Shown here piece by piece: positions 20,801-31,833 of a stretch of DNA of 33,154 nucleotides (its first letter is position 1; each line of letters begins with the position of its first letter). The position numbers and the translations under genes are program-made. The stretch is from assembly GCA_003990765.1 (NCBI GenBank), contig RBNJ01000322.1, positions 1-33,154 of the forward strand, in the 5' to 3' direction. The stretch comes from Jimgerdemannia flammicorona (lineage: Eukaryota). The notes under the pieces are model-generated. The model was not told the DNA's origin and ran no database searches. It was given only the letters and a program-made list of their open reading frames with translations.

Positions 20801-23800
20801 TGTCGCGGTCGGGAAGGGTGAAACCGAACTCGTGCTGGTACATCTCCACGAAGGCCTTGCCAAAGTCCCAGCTGCCGTCTTCCGGCATGAGCGTCATGAG
20901 CGCGCTGTCCGTGCCGTTGTAGCGAAGGTTGAGGTACGCCTCCGTCTTGATGTGTGTGTCCGCGAAACCTTGTCGACGCAGCTCTTCGGCGCACGCTTTA
21001 CGCTGAGCATCGACGCGAATCTGGAGGTGAGGAACCGCGGCATCGGACCAGATGTCGGAAGACGGTTCTTGTGACTCATGAACGACGTCGGCTAAGGAAA
21101 GGCCGTAAGCGGAAAGGATGGAACTATGGCGATGGATGAGAATCTTTCGGATGCCAAGGGATCGAGCGATGGCGCACGCTGATTCGAACAAGAAATGTGT
21201 GTTAGCTTGCCGCTGCGCATTTCATTGATGTAGAACGTCATCAATATAGTAACATCGTATATAAAACCATTAATTTACCATGCTGCCCACCAGCCCCTCC
21301 AAAGCACGCTAAAATATGATTGCCCGTATCGTGTCCCTTCGCTTCCGTCAGCGTCCTGATCGGCCTGCACATGGTCTCATTAGCGACCTTGAGGAACCCG
21401 TATGCGATCTCGTCGACGCTCATCTCCTTACCCGCGCCCACGAACGCGTTGATCTTACTTTGGAGCTCCAGGAACAGCGTGCGAGAGGCCTCAACGTCCA
21501 ACGGCTGGTCTTCGTTCGGACCGAATATCTTGGGGAAGTAAGCGGGGATCAGGCGACCAAGAATCAGATTAGCGTCAGAGACCGTTAGGGGACCGCCTTT
21601 CCTGGAAGCGGGTAAAAAGGTGGATTATAATTCCATCAATCGAGAGCGAGATAATACAGATTGTGCAACGGACAAATGAAATGCGCAGACAACAGACCTG
21701 TAACAAGCTGGACCTGGGTGAGCGCTAGCGCTCTGATCATAAGAAAAATATTCCGTATGTGTAAGTTGAACCAGTATAAAAGAAGTAATTACTATGTCTG
21801 AGATGCGACACCACATAACATACCTCAGGACCAACAACAAAGAGACCATTCCTATAGAATAAACGAGAACCGCCACCAGCGGCAACCTAAAGTATAGAAG
21901 AGTGTAATAGAAAATCAAGATCAGATCATACTTAAAGCCTCCAGAACTGTACCCAGAGTTTTTGAAAAATTATAATGACAGTAAATGAAGGTCGGAACAT
22001 ACTGTATTTATATCTAATTGAGGTGCCTGAATAGTCACGCCGGCCGTTGTTGTCTCAAAAACGTGTTCGTAATGGCCGTCAAACCTCGAAACATCTATGT
22101 CGGTCATAAGCGGTCATAGGTGTTTTAGATGACTAGGTGGACGACAACATCAATTAAGATATCTTCGGACATAGTGACAACCAATGAAAGGCGACCCAAA
22201 CCTGTACTCGTGCCGCCCATATCAAACCCGATGACCGGAGTGTTCTCCTTGGGGCTGAAGGATGTAAGCGCGTAGCCTGCATATTACGCAATCAACATCA
22301 TCAAACTGCCTTATGTAGACAGCCTAAAGATAAAACCAAACCATAGCGAGTCATCCACTCACCCACCACTCCGGCGGCTGGCCCCGACAGGATGGCCCTA
22401 AACCCCGAGAAATTCTTGACGGGGACCAGGCCACCGTCGCTCTGCATAAACTGGAGCTTGGTGTTGCGCTCCAGATGTTGGTCAAACCCGGAGACGAAAC
22501 CGCGGATGTATTCCTGGATCGCCGGAGTGAGGTACGCGTCCGCAGTAGCAGAGGTACCGCGCGGGACAATCTTGATCATGGGCGTGATGTTCGACGAGAG
22601 GCTGACATGCGTGAATCCAACGGAGGCGGCGAGGGCGCCAAGTTGTTGCTCGTGCTCTGGTGGGGTGCGAGAAGCGTATAGGAGATTTATGAGATTGGGA
22701 GAGTTTGTGCAGGTGTGGCAAAAATGCAGAAGGCAGGGACATACCAGGATAGGTGTACGAATGCATCAAGCAGATGGAAATGCTGCGATAACCTTCGTTA
22801 TGAAGTAATATCAAGTCGCGTTTGATTTGCTCGATGTCTTATGGTTTGAAAGCAAAGGTCGTTCGTACGCTATGAGAACGTCCTCATGGCAATTTATGCA
22901 TAGATTTTCACAAAGCCAATTCAAAGCCGTAGTCATCTGACAACCTACCCGGCTTCTTCATGATCCTGACCAACTCGCCAGAAATGCCTCTTGTTACTGT
23001 GCCCTCCTCCTCCTCCGAAATTTCTGTGACGATACCTTCAGGACTCGACGTGTATCCGATAAGTGTAACGCTGCGCAGGTTTCCGAAATGGTTGGTCCAT
23101 AAAATCTGTCAATTGTAAGGACACGCGCAAGCAAAATGGGATCGCCGGATCATACCGTTCATCAACTTCGACCACACGCTGGTACAGGACGTCGGGCTTG
23201 CGGATGGCAAGATCAAAGATTTTCGGGCGTGATTGATTGCCTTCAATCATACAAAGGGAGGTTAGAAGCGGCTTCTGGCAAGCGAATATATGATTACGAC
23301 GACACAGTAGGCTTTGTCGTAATTACAACAAAGTATAGGTTACCTATCAGCAACAGATCCTATTTCATATTGAGCCAACGAGAAGATATGCCGAATGTTA
23401 GAGCTCCGAATGATTTTTAGGTTGTCTTCCACATAACCAATCAGACAATATGATCCATTTCAATATAAGATACCTTGAAGCCTTTCGTAATTAGCAATGC
23501 ACTGCGTTCGCCTTTGCGTTCCAGCAACGCGTTGGTTGCGACCGTTGTTCCCATCCGGATAGACGCTGGATACAGAAAATTGGTTCACAACTTGAACAAG
23601 TTATGCCTGTTTCCCAAATCAGGAGCACAGTTCATCAACCGACCTAGCTTTTCTGTAGGTAGAGGCTTGTCTCTTGGATGTTTCTCCCCGGTGGCCAGTT
23701 CCAGGATCCTCCTAATACCCTCTCTTGGGGCGTCAGGGTAGGAGTTCGGGTCGACAGAGAGAAGTTTGACGACAAATTCCTTCCGGCCATCGGGGTGCTC

Positions 23801-23881
23801 CGAAGAGGGCGGGACGGAAAGGAAGCCAATACAGTCGGTGAAGGTGCCGCCCCTATCGATGCAGATTGTCAGTTTGTTCAT
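17841..23881 (-). CDS. OXP1: ATP-dependent 5-oxoprolinase (hydantoinase/oxoprolinase A+B fusion), about 22 exons
   Basis: Motifs [51 protein letters not shown]...[39 protein letters not shown] and TNTRITDPE. Exons join through GT-AG introns in frame. Confidence 0.97.
18652..18741. repeat. Perfect 45-bp tandem duplication inside an OXP1 intron
   Basis: tcagcatcaatcgccatcataccatattccgaaacccaaacccac, two copies. Confidence 0.95.
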
Positions 23882-24725
23882 TATGAAAATGGTTCTCTGT
23901 GTCGTTCCTGGGATTTTGCCGTGCTCCTTTATAATAACCGCCTGTCATGTGATCGTGGTTCACATCAACGTCATCACTCTAATTGAAACTAGTAACCCGA
24001 GAGTTGAGTCCAGGTTTGGATCCACGTCGACTTTTTGAGACTGGAAGTAATCATGGTGGGAAAAAAGTATCCCGCTCCGCTCCGTGTTGCGCCTTTTTGG
24101 TCATAACTGGATCTAAAGAGAGATGGAAACGAATGCTTTGTTGGACTCAATCCATTGATTATGGTTTCATGTCCTGACGATCATCACCTTGCTGAAATCA
24201 CAGATACCTCACATTATGGTTCACTCTGTCAAAGAGTCCTGTGCATGCGGCAATTGGAAAACTTGGATGTATGTAAAATGTTAAATTTATTATTGAGGAC
24301 AGACAGAAAGTGCTCGTATTATGTAAAAAGTTGGGCATTGTACTGTTCGAAACTGCCAAGCGTACCAGACCGAAGCTTATCTATTCTATATATAGTCGAC
24401 GGTGTTGTCTGATTCTTCTGTGTGCACAAAGTTTGACCTGTCGCAACCACAATAAACATTACATACTACAATCCGTTAAGATACTCTAGAATAATACTGC
24501 GGAACTGATGACTTGAGATTTACGAAACTTCCTAGGAATCTCCATATGCATAATAATAGATTCACCAAAAATAAAATAATAATGTCGTATTGCTCTGACA
24601 GAACAGCACCTTCACAAAGTTTCGACGGCATGTGTCGTTCGTTCCTGAAGAAAAAGGGATCCAAAAAAAGGATACGTCTCCGTGACTAGAATTGCATGTT
24701 TATCTTTATTGACAGTTCTGGTACG

Positions 24726-24814
24726 GTACGGAGTTGATGGTAAGGAGTTGATGGTATGGGGTTGATGGTAAATACGGGGGCTGATGGTACGGGTTTGATG
24801 ATACAAGGTTGATG
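24726..24814. repeat. Degenerate 14-bp minisatellite, about 6 units (consensus GTACGGRGTTGATG)
   Basis: gtacggagttgatg / gtaaggagttgatg / gtatggggttgatg / gtaaatacgggggctgatg / gtacgggtttgatg / atacaaggttgatg. Confidence 0.85.
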
Positions 24815-25419
24815 GAGAGGACGAAGATGCTGAGGACGATGACAACACAGAGTGGATGAGGATCAGGAGGATTGGGCTCCTTGATGCCTTGATGATGAGA
24901 GTGTCGAAGACAATGCTGCGACACCAGCAGTGGCACAAAAGTAACCAAACCACCAATTGAAAACAGCGTCTAAAACCACGCCAAGTTTGTGTTGTTCTAT
25001 GTCTATCCTATTTGGTTTCCACAACTTCAGCGATCATTTGAATGGCCTATTAGTTCACCCCTTGTCTCATTATCCTACCGAGATCAAGCACCTCGTGATT
25101 ATATAACCGTATGAATCAAGACCCCAGATTTGCTGGCCAGCTCGATGGTTTTGCCGAGCCTGGCACTTTGAGCTCCGCGAGTTATTTACCATTTGATGTC
25201 ACTCTTGGGGGTTTTGACGATTTACTTGGCGGGTTGTAAACATCGGTACCAAGGCCAATCATGTTTTGTATGTGAATTTAGAGGCCGAACAGATTGCCAT
25301 GGCAAAAGTGTCGGACCGAAGCCGAGACTGCTACCAAGCAGTCCTCACGTGTGACATCTGTACCCCCCAATAATAAATGGAGGCAACTCAAATCTCCCAT
25401 CTTGACCATCAAAAATCCT

Positions 25420-26184
25420 ATGCCGCTATCATTAGCCCCCCCCGCACTGCCCGAAGGCAACCTCGCCAGTAAATCTCCATCAACGCAGCCTCCAACATTC
25501 TGGACGACCGTAAAGCAGAATGCTCCCGTCTACTGGCATGCCTTCGTCTGCTTCGCCCGCACGCCCTCGGGCGCCTTTGCCACGTTCATGATGTTCATGT
25601 TCGTGTTCTGGGGCGCCTTCCTGTTTCTCCTACTCGTCAACTGGGTGGACTTTGGCGAGCAGCAAGGCCTCTGGGTCGAGATTACATCTCAGGTTGAGAA
25701 CGGCTTCTTCTCCATCATGGGCATTGGCCTCTTCCCACAGCGTATCTGGGTGACGGTGTGCGCCTTCCAGCTGTGGAGACATCGCGCGGACGCGGACCCC
25801 GCAGAGATCGCGAGCTGGGCGGCGCGGATCAAGCGGCAGTACGCGTGGTACAACATGGAGGATACGCCGACTCGCCGCGCTTTCCCTGTGCGGACGTTTG
25901 GACTGGCATTATATCTATACATGTTTCACTCGTGCCTGCAATGCTGCATCTCCGGGATCATGTGGGGGTTCACTCGGTTCAACCGGCCGAGCGCCGCGAT
26001 CGGCGTTCTAATACCAATTTCCTTTATTGCCATTTTCGCGGCCGAGGCTATTATCGCTCTCCAAGGAAGGAAATTGACAATTGTGCCCGGGAGCGAAGAC
26101 GAGGAGAATGTGGAGGTAGTGTTTGAAGAAAACGGTGAGAAGTTTTCAAGAGGCACCAACTGCTACCAAGATGGAGGACAGTAG
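25420..26184 (+). CDS. DUF2985-like multi-pass membrane protein, intronless
   Basis: FWGAFLFLLLVNW...WVEITSQVENGFFSIMGIGLFPQR and QCCISGIMWGFTRFNRP are typical of fungal/plant DUF2985 proteins. First in-frame ATG is at 25420. Confidence 0.75.
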   Translation: MPLSLAPPALPEGNLASKSPSTQPPTFWTTVKQNAPVYWHAFVCFARTPSGAFATFMMFMFVFWGAFLFLLLVNWVDFGEQQGLWVEITSQVENGFFSIMGIGLFPQRIWVTVCAFQLWRHRADADPAEIASWAARIKRQYAWYNMEDTPTRRAFPVRTFGLALYLYMFHSCLQCCISGIMWGFTRFNRPSAAIGVLIPISFIAIFAAEAIIALQGRKLTIVPGSEDEENVEVVFEENGEKFSRGTNCYQDGGQ

Positions 26185-28221
26185 AATTAGACCATGTAAA
26201 TACCCACGCAAATTAATGTGCACTATCATATTGATACCATTATCATATCGATACCATTATCGTTTGCTACAGATTCTTTTATTATTATTTTTTGTTTTTA
26301 TTGAAATTTAATGTTTATTATCAAATTGTAGACCATATTCTTTAATTCTCTGGATCGAGGCTCGAATTGTTGATATGGAAATCTCTTCCCTTTATGCTGC
26401 GGCATTTCCCAAACATCATTGCCCAAATTTCTTCCCTTCTCCGAGCTTGTCGAATACACCCTCTCCTTCACAACCCGTATTACGTCTCAGTCACTGGCCG
26501 CTTTGACACCTACCTGCCCCGCCATTGCCATCTACTTGTGCGATCTTCCCTCTCGATGGTGTTCGAGAAGCGCAGGATCTTGGATGTCGGTTGAGAAAGT
26601 ATATATGAGGATGATGAAGGTGATGAGAATGATGATGATGGAGACAGGCGTTTCGGAGGCGAAACGGGCGTGCTATTTCAAATTGAGTGTCATGCCGTAC
26701 ACTTGAAACAATCTTTTTTTTTTTTTTTTTGGTTGAGATCTGCCTGGAGTCGGATTTCAGGGAGCTAGAATGGGATGCCAAGAGAATATTTATGGTTCTG
26801 TATGATAAACTAGAAGTGCCAATGTCGCGCCTTATTCAAACTAGAAGACAGCATAGACATACAATAACAACAGTTTATCAAAAATAAGAAAGGAAAGAAA
26901 GAAAGAAGAGAAAAGAAATTTGCAAAGGTTCACCAAATCGGTGTCTCACCCGCCGACACAACGTTGACGCTACCTACTGTAGGACTTGTTCCTACCCCAA
27001 TCCCTACGCTTGATAATTGCCCTGGTCTTGGCATAAATATCTGGAGTCATCTCTTTGACGGAGGCGTGAAGAATGAGCTCGGGCAGGGCCTGACCTTCAC
27101 GGCGCTTCAAGCCTACTCTGATGCACAACCAAACTTGTCCAATAAGTAGATGTGTTCATTATATAAGGTCCGCTAGTTTAATATCAATACCATAGCTGTC
27201 AGATCCGCGCCGGATGGTGAAAACAACTTGAGTCCTACTATGGACGGACAGCGATTAAGTCTGGAGCTTGAGATCCACTGCCAGCGGGATTATTAAGCTG
27301 TTGGATCAGAGTTGAGAGGACGAGGTATAGGTGTTACGTGCGAGAAAGAGACGTCAATGTTATCGGGTAAGTGTTAATTTAGTATTGAGAGTCCCTAAAC
27401 CACACAAGGACAAAATTGACAAGTTTCGGGGTGTGGCAAAGCCCTTAGAATGTTAACCCAACCAACACGACATTGGGCTGTAGGCGTCCTTGGTCAGAAA
27501 TCACCTAAGTGAGCCTTTGCGATATGCATCCAAAGAGAAGTTATCCGTCTGTCGTACCATTTTCTAATTTTGGTGGCATCCTGTCCTGGAACAAGTAGTT
27601 ACGCCCGCCAATAACACTTATCATCCTAGGAGATAGACCATTGGGAGGGACTTCGCAAGGAGCGGAGAACATAAATATTCCGAACCGATCATTTTGGCAT
27701 CGATACATATAAATACCACGTCCAGATCGAACTACCCTCCCACGTCCAGATCTTTAGCACGCGCTTTCAAGCTGTCTCACCGAGCCACCTGCAAAAGTGT
27801 CTAATATCGGGCATGCGGTCATGCCTGCAGGTATCATGAGTTTGAGCGATCCATGCACTATGTTACTGTCTCATGTGATTCTAGGCTGCATTTTCGCCAC
27901 CAATGACCGGGGTAATGCGAACATGGAATTCTGCGCCGAGAAACATAAACGCCAACCAATCTTTTGTGATTTTACTGGGATTCATGACAATAACAATAAC
28001 GCCATTTTAAATTTCAAGATGTCCTATGTTGAACTGTTCAGACTAGACAAAAGCAATATATGCACATACTATGGAACAGCAGAGATCCCTGAGTCGCAGT
28101 CATAGGATCGAATTGTGTTGCTTGGTCTACGCTATAATAACTTTCAAGCGAAGATATATAATAGACAGGGTAATGGCTCATGGAGAGCATCAATCATTTC
28201 ACCCAAAACCAATATCACACA

Positions 28222-28910
28222 ATGAAGTTCACTACTGCACTCGTCATCGCTCCGCCTCTCCGGTCCCAGCCGACGCTAGCGCTTTCCCTTTCTGCTCAAA
28301 CTCGTCCCCAGTGCCGCCGAACGTCAAATTCTTCAATGCTACAAAATACATTGGCCGCTGTAAATAATCGTTCATATACCATTCATTCAAGATCCCCATC
28401 AACTTCAAATGATATATAATCTATCCAACAGGGTACCAGGTGGCCTCCAGCGTCATCGATTATACCGTCAACGCCAAGACTGCACCAGGCGACTTACAGC
28501 CTGAACGCCGATGGCACCACCGTGGGTCCGCGCTGGCCCCGCCCTCCTTCGGTGAGGCCGACTTCACGGTCTCCTTCCTGAGCTTGCCCAATTTTGACGG
28601 GAACTACACTGGCCCCAACTACATTGTCAGCGTCCTAGATCGCAAGCTTGACTACAACACATTCGAATTCTTGTACGAGGCCGCCGTTGTTGGTACGTAT
28701 CTTTCGTCTCTCTTTTCTGTTGGAATAAATTAAGCGTGATTATTTATATTTTTTGTCTTGAAATCATTAGGCGGCTCGTGCTTCTCTCAGATTTTTATAA
28801 TCTCTCGCAAGCGCACCATCTCCCCGCCAATTTACAAGGCGTTCCTCAAGCGCCTCGAGACGCAGGGATAAAACTTGACGACGTTGGCCATTAAGCTCAA
28901 CCAACTAGAA
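28222..28910 (+). pseudogene. Secreted lipocalin (ApoD/Blc-like) pseudogene, 3 exons
   Basis: Starts with signal-like MKFTTALVIA, then a frameshift. FNATKYIGR-W-YQVAS (SCR1 GxW) spans intron 28360-28431. DCT and ATYSLNADGTTV lie in shifted frames, followed by PNYIV. After intron 28693-28770 comes IFIISRKRTISPPIYKAFLKRLETQG (SCR3), with TAA at 28869 before NLTTL. Confidence 0.72.
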
Positions 28911-29359
28911 AAACCTATCATGTATCTCGATGATCATGTTGCTATCCATTTTTCAGCACACCATTGTGGGTGTATAATTGCGGGCTTACCTATTGTCATC
29001 TACATTACTCATAAATAATAAATATGAACCTGAACACTTTATCCCTTACTCTGTAACCTTATTGCAGCCAAATTTGGCTGCGAAAATTGTAGAACTTTGA
29101 GGTTCTCCAAAGACAATAATTATAGGCAATTTACTCAGAAAAACGTCGAGTATATCCCTTGGCCACTTTATTTTTCATATTGAAAGAATGGCAAGACAAG
29201 GCCGTAAGATGATGATAGGCCACCAGACAAATGCCAGGATGAATGCCAGGATGAATAGCAAGGCAACGATGAACAGCAGGAGATGACGATGGATGGCTAG
29301 ACAAAGAGCCACTGATGATGACAAACAGAAGAACTGCAGGACAACAAATCCATCACGTC

Positions 29360-29616
29360 CATTCAGGGCGGTATGTAGCCTGAAATTGTTGGATCTAGAG
29401 CAACACATTTGTTAAGGAAATTACTAAGTAAAGTATCGCGGGTCCACCAGTGGAGCCTGAAAAGTGACCAGATATTCCACTGAGTTGTAAGAGGAACCAA
29501 TGATTCCAATTTCATTCAGGGTAGTGGTATGTAGCCTGAAATTGTTGAATGTACAGTGATGCATTTGTTAAGGAAATTGCTGAGTAAGGCATTGCAGGGA
29601 GGCCTAAAAAGTGACT
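29360..29616. repeat. Diverged direct duplication (~105-bp core, period 153 bp)
   Basis: cattcaggg..ggtatgtagcctgaaattgttg..catttgttaaggaaatt..aaaagtgac begins at both 29360 and 29513. Confidence 0.88.
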
Positions 29617-31201
29617 GACAACAACTGGAACCACCCCAACTCTGGGCAGACATGCTCTTACACGTTTTTCAAAATCAGGAAATATATTCAAAGCAAGAAC
29701 CCTGAGTTATGAAATACAGATATTGTATAGATGAATCAAAATTGTTTAAAAGTACTGCTTGTTGTAAGAAAAGACTCTATGAGGTAAGACCTAATGCTGA
29801 TTCACATCCAAAGAACTACTAATGTGAATCTTTTGAATAAACTGAACTTCCTTTACTGAGGTTATTGTAGTTATACCATCAGCAATAAAAGCCTCAATAT
29901 TGTTAGTATAAGAGAGAATTCTACATATATAAGAAGAATTCATAAGTCTTTACTTTAAACAAGTACTAACCAATATTATACTTCAACTTACTTGTTTAGA
30001 AGTATGAATGATACTTCAAACTACTCTGACTTCAAATAGAATAAATCAGCAAAATGCTTGCCATATATAGCATACTTTATAAATCTGCTGATAAATAATG
30101 ATCAATCATCATCATTAACAATGATTATAAATCTATCTGTATTCTTAATACTAGATGTAGATATAGTTACAATGAATGCTCAACTATAGATAAGATAAAT
30201 AAATATCATTAAAAAAGAACTTTGATCAATAATACAATGTACAATCTTTATAATTATATACAAACCTACTTTTATGAATCCTATACTCCACTTTTACTGA
30301 CTTCAAAAGTTGACAAAAATGCTCTAAATCTATATCTGCTTTCAATCTAAATCTTTTATATAGATAACCTTCAGATTCTGATTTACTACCAGCATAGAAT
30401 AACACAGTTACCTTTTGCTTTAGATAATCAGAAAATAGGTTTATATAATTGTTACTAGAAGAAACTAAATCTGATGGCTTGTGAGAGATATTGTTAGGGT
30501 GGACATCAGTTGTAATAATTCTGCCAGAGCTAGAAATATTGCCAGAAGAGAATAATAGAAAATGTTAATTGAGATAGTATTATTGGTAGTAAAGACAATG
30601 TGAGAAGGAATATCACTGGATGTGACCATAGTTGAGATAGTTCTACTAGTACTAACTATGGCAGATATAATATATGAAGATGATGAGAGTATGTATAAGA
30701 CTTCTTCTATCTAAAAAGAAGAAGAGAATAAGAATATATATATACTTAAAGTAGATATAAAAGAATCAAGCAAATGAATAAACTTTAGAATAGTGTATTT
30801 TTTGCTCCTCTCCATAATGCTTAGTTAGAGTAAACTTGACATAACTCTCATTAGAGTCTATCTTCTACTTATGATATAATAGAATCAACAGATATCTACC
30901 ATAGTTTTGAAATATATGTAGTCATATTTATAATAAAATTTAATATAAAAGTTAAGAACACAAATCAGAAACATAAAGAATAAATCAAAAATAAGATTAT
31001 TACTTATGTCAGTAATAGTTTTTTGAGGATATAGGTGAACTTGAGTTCCATGATACCTCTAAGCTAAGTTGCAATAAGGTCTTCTTCAAGATTAATGATA
31101 ATGTCTGATACCAAAACAGATTTCTCTGCTTTTCTACAGCAATTGCATATTTGTAATATATTGAGTTTATAAAGAAACTTTTATAAAGAGTTGATAGTTG
31201 T

Positions 31202-31320
31202 GATAGAATAGGATGAGATAGAATAGATAATAGAAAAATACAATAAGATAAGATAAGATAAGATAGAATAGAATGAGATAGGATAGAATAAGACTGGACT
31301 AGACTAAACTAGACTAGACT
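31202..31320. repeat. Degenerate pentamer microsatellite (GATAA/AATAG/GACTA)
   Basis: agataagataagatagaatagaatgagataggatagaataagactggactagactaaactagactagact. Confidence 0.85.
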
Positions 31321-31371
31321 TTTATAATAGACAGTAATTGAATTGTAAATCTAAGTATAATATATATAAGA

Positions 31372-31373
<2 letters not shown>

Positions 31374-31422
<49 letters not shown>
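31374..31422. repeat. Poly(A) run of 49 nt
   Basis: Directly visible. Confidence 0.9.
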
Positions 31423-31426
<4 letters not shown>

Positions 31427-31520
31427 AAAACACTAACTAAGATATAAAGCTAAATATAAATTCCAATAACTAAAACTACTAAGTTCCAGGGTCGGTACTG
31501 ATTGTTGTACAGGTTCAGGA

Positions 31521-31629
31521 TGCTGGCATTATCCAGTGTTACATGAGAATACTAGTACTAGAACAATTTCACATCACCTCAGAATACCAGTGCTGGCATT
31601 ATCTGGTGTTACATGAGAATACCGGTGCT
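31521..31629. repeat. Direct duplication with period 70 bp
   Basis: tgctggcattatccagtgttacatgagaatactagtact versus tgctggcattatctggtgttacatgagaataccggtgct. Confidence 0.9.
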
Positions 31630-31833
31630 CAGGACCTTTCACTCGGACCAAACAGTTGGCTCCACATCTAAGCCACCAGGATGGTGAGCTTCTCAAGTTT
31701 GGAGGCCACAAATATAGGCTCCAAGGAGCGCCGACAGGTGTACCTCATCCCTTAGGTATAGGAGTCCCGCCTGGTCTTTTCAGCATAGCCATAGCTTCTA
31801 GTTTCAGCAAGTTACAAGGATTTCAAGAATTTC

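Larger units (their letters stand above)
29665..31492. other. AT-rich, CpG-free decayed region (probable TE or gene relic)
   Basis: A manual scan found no CG dinucleotide between those at 29663 and 31493. TpA is abundant and the track has no ORF of 60 aa or more here. Confidence 0.8.

Noticed and set aside
23360..23473. OXP1 intron donor GTATCTT as a possible U12-type intron
   Set aside because: The donor deviates from GTATCCTT, and the branch site (CTCTAAC) looks U2-type.
24500..24545. Hammerhead-like CTGATGA...CGAAAC
   Set aside because: Stem II cannot pair, and stems I and III are mismatched.
24612..24956. Minus-strand ORFs with a hydrophobic stretch and PYHQ repeats
   Set aside because: The underlying repeat unit is 14 bp (not frame-preserving) and there is no clear ATG start.
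26964..27300. Short ORFs on both strands (e.g. minus-strand EMTPDIYAKTRAIIKRR)
   Set aside because: No consistent gene structure or identifiable homology.
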